From the NCBI GenBank assembly GCA_052426225.1, contig JBNJNM010000006.1, positions 1,240,001 through 1,304,000 on the forward strand: a stretch of 64,000 nt of DNA, given 5' to 3'. Under the pieces are notes generated by a model, which was given only the letters and a program-made list of their open reading frames with translations, ran no database searches and was not told the DNA's origin. Shown piece after piece: positions 62,440-64,000 of this stretch; the first letter of the stretch is position 1, and every line of letters begins with the position of its first letter. Position numbers and translations under genes: made by a program. Source of the DNA: Zancudomyces culisetae HAW-14-8 (taxonomy: Eukaryota > Fungi > Kickxellomycota).

Positions 62440-63269
62440 TATTGAAAATTTAACTAATGACTTTTATAAATACTATGTATTTTTTATAAGCTGGTTGAGT
62501 ACCTAGCGAAAGAAAAGATGGTAAAGATTCATCAGGAAACAGGGGACATCAGTTTATATATGGTTTAAATTTATTATATTTAGTTAGTTTTACTTATTTT
62601 ATAAAAATTATACAGTGATGTGTGTCATTACACACATCATTACGTATAAAGTTTCTAAATTTAAACACTCTTTTTATCGATTTAATTTTTTACCAAATTT
62701 TAAGGTAATGGATTAATCGATAAAAATAGTATCTAGGAAAGAATTTTCGATTATAATAAAGATTGGTACACACACATAATTGTATCTGGATAAGTGAAGC
62801 ATAATATAGTAATATTATTTTTTTATGGATGATAGTTTAGTGATTATTTATAAAGAGTTAGTTTATATAAATTAAAGACATAGGATGAATTTGAAAGCGT
62901 CATCCATGTCTTAATATACGGACATATAAATAAAAATCTAGTTAACAATAAAAAAAATATAACAAAACTACGAAAATGTACTACTCAAATGGGTATGAAG
63001 ATGAGGAGATGGCAATAAGTACCACTTCAACATCTTCCGGAAGAAGTACTGGCAGCAGCATGGATCAGGATGCTGGGGTATTAAGCCCCCAGACCTTGAA
63101 AGATCTGACCACTAGCGTGCGTCAGATACAGATCCGTAGCAGCCTAGGGAGTCCGTCGGGGATCAGACTTTCCCCTACACCTCCAAAGGGGTGTGTGTCA
63201 CCCCATTCTGCGCAAATGGGGATAAGGTTACAGAGCAATTGTGTAACCCCCAGTACCCATATTGCGACA

Positions 63270-63730
63270 TGTTATATAGTGGCTAGTACTACATCTAGAC
63301 GCTATATAATAACATCTCACCAATAACTAATTCATTTATATATTAATATTTAGGTTTATCAATTAATTTATATTTTAATTATTATAGGATATTTAGTATA
63401 TTATGTGTTGCCTAGTTTTTTTTAGCCTTCTATATTTTTTCTACAGCAACATTCTGGTTTATTATTAATATTTAGTTTATGTTTTAAGTTTAAGTATATA
63501 TTTAGTTTTCAAGTATATAATAGTCATTTAGTTATGGGTATAAATAGGGCTAGGAAACTAGCTATGAAAACATCATCAAATAAAAATATAACAAAAGGTT
63601 TGGTCTATATTCAATAAGTGTATACTTTTATTTTGAAAACTACAAAGAATAGCACATAGGATAGTTAGTTATAATTAGAATATATTTACAAAAGCAATAC
63701 GAAAATAGTGAATCTGTATTTTCGTCAACA
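63270..63730 (+). mobile_element. Solo LTR (F/K-related)
   Basis: tgttatatagtggctag...gtcaaca; exact TSD GACA (63266-69, 63731-34). Confidence 0.87.
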
Positions 63731-63734
63731 GACA

Positions 63735-63967
63735 TGTCGTATAGTAAACTATACTGAAGAGTTGTCCTAATTTTATTGGTTAGTTTAATAGATGTATTTT
63801 ATAAAAATAGTATAAATATGTTTATTGTGAATTAATTAATAAATTGTCCTTTTCCACAGATAAATAATAGTATAATAAATTTATATACTATTGAAATTGA
63901 CCCGTCCCGTGTAGTACTTGGTTGCAAAAGTTACCAAGTAGGAAGTTAAGCATTTTCACTACACGTA
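63735..63967 (+). mobile_element. Solo LTR (E-related, divergent)
   Basis: Shares ttttattggtta, aattaattaataaattgtc and cccgtcc with LTR E; flanked by GACA (63731-34, 63968-71); 3' terminus imperfect. Confidence 0.75.
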
Positions 63968-63971
63968 GACA

Positions 63972-64000
63972 TGTCATATAGTGGCTAGACGAGGTTATGA
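63972..64000 (+). mobile_element. Start of another F-related LTR running off the window
   Basis: tgtcatatagtggctag directly after GACA. Confidence 0.65.

Larger units (their letters stand above)
58271..62805 (-). mobile_element. DIRS-type tyrosine-recombinase retrotransposon, structurally complete
   Basis: ITRs 58318..58592 and 62517..62791; internal complementary region 58625..58721; TAAT at both junctions; gag, RT/RH/MT and YR ORFs. Confidence 0.96.
58111..63269 (+). mobile_element. Solo LTR A' (divergent family-A relative; 58111..58270 plus 62806..63269) interrupted by DIRS
   Basis: tgtcg...tgcgaca termini; shares gcagcagcatggatcaggatgc.ggggtattaag.cccc and hairpins with LTR A. Confidence 0.75.

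Noticed and set aside
30937-64000. CRISPR array
   Set aside because: No repeat-spacer array or cas genes; the similarity is only an analogy of polarised growth

Overview
AT-rich eukaryotic DNA, most likely an early-diverging fungus (Harpellales-like; an inference from composition, intronless genes and TE types). The left ~17 kb is genic: two secreted-protein genes, a RAD7-like pseudogene, a secreted-protein gene split by one stop, and an intact ABCC/MRP transporter. Next come a decayed L1/Tx1 LINE, Tc1/mariner copies and a ~6.3 kb ORF-less, non-repetitive, extremely AT-rich domain (candidate centromere core). The right ~33 kb is almost entirely LTR retroelements arranged in polarised stacks at the 5' ends of two convergent tRNA genes (Asn-GTT, Arg-ACG). 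In the Asn stack the 4-bp target-site duplications resolve eight successive insertions, all at -15..+1 of the mature tRNA 5' end. LTR divergence rises with distance from the tRNA, so the locus records insertion order. The three Ty3/gypsy integrases share a C-terminal motif that is a candidate Pol III-targeting domain. One LTR family encodes the N-terminus of its own Gag. A complete DIRS element sits inside an LTR near the right end. All coordinates and comparisons were read by eye.
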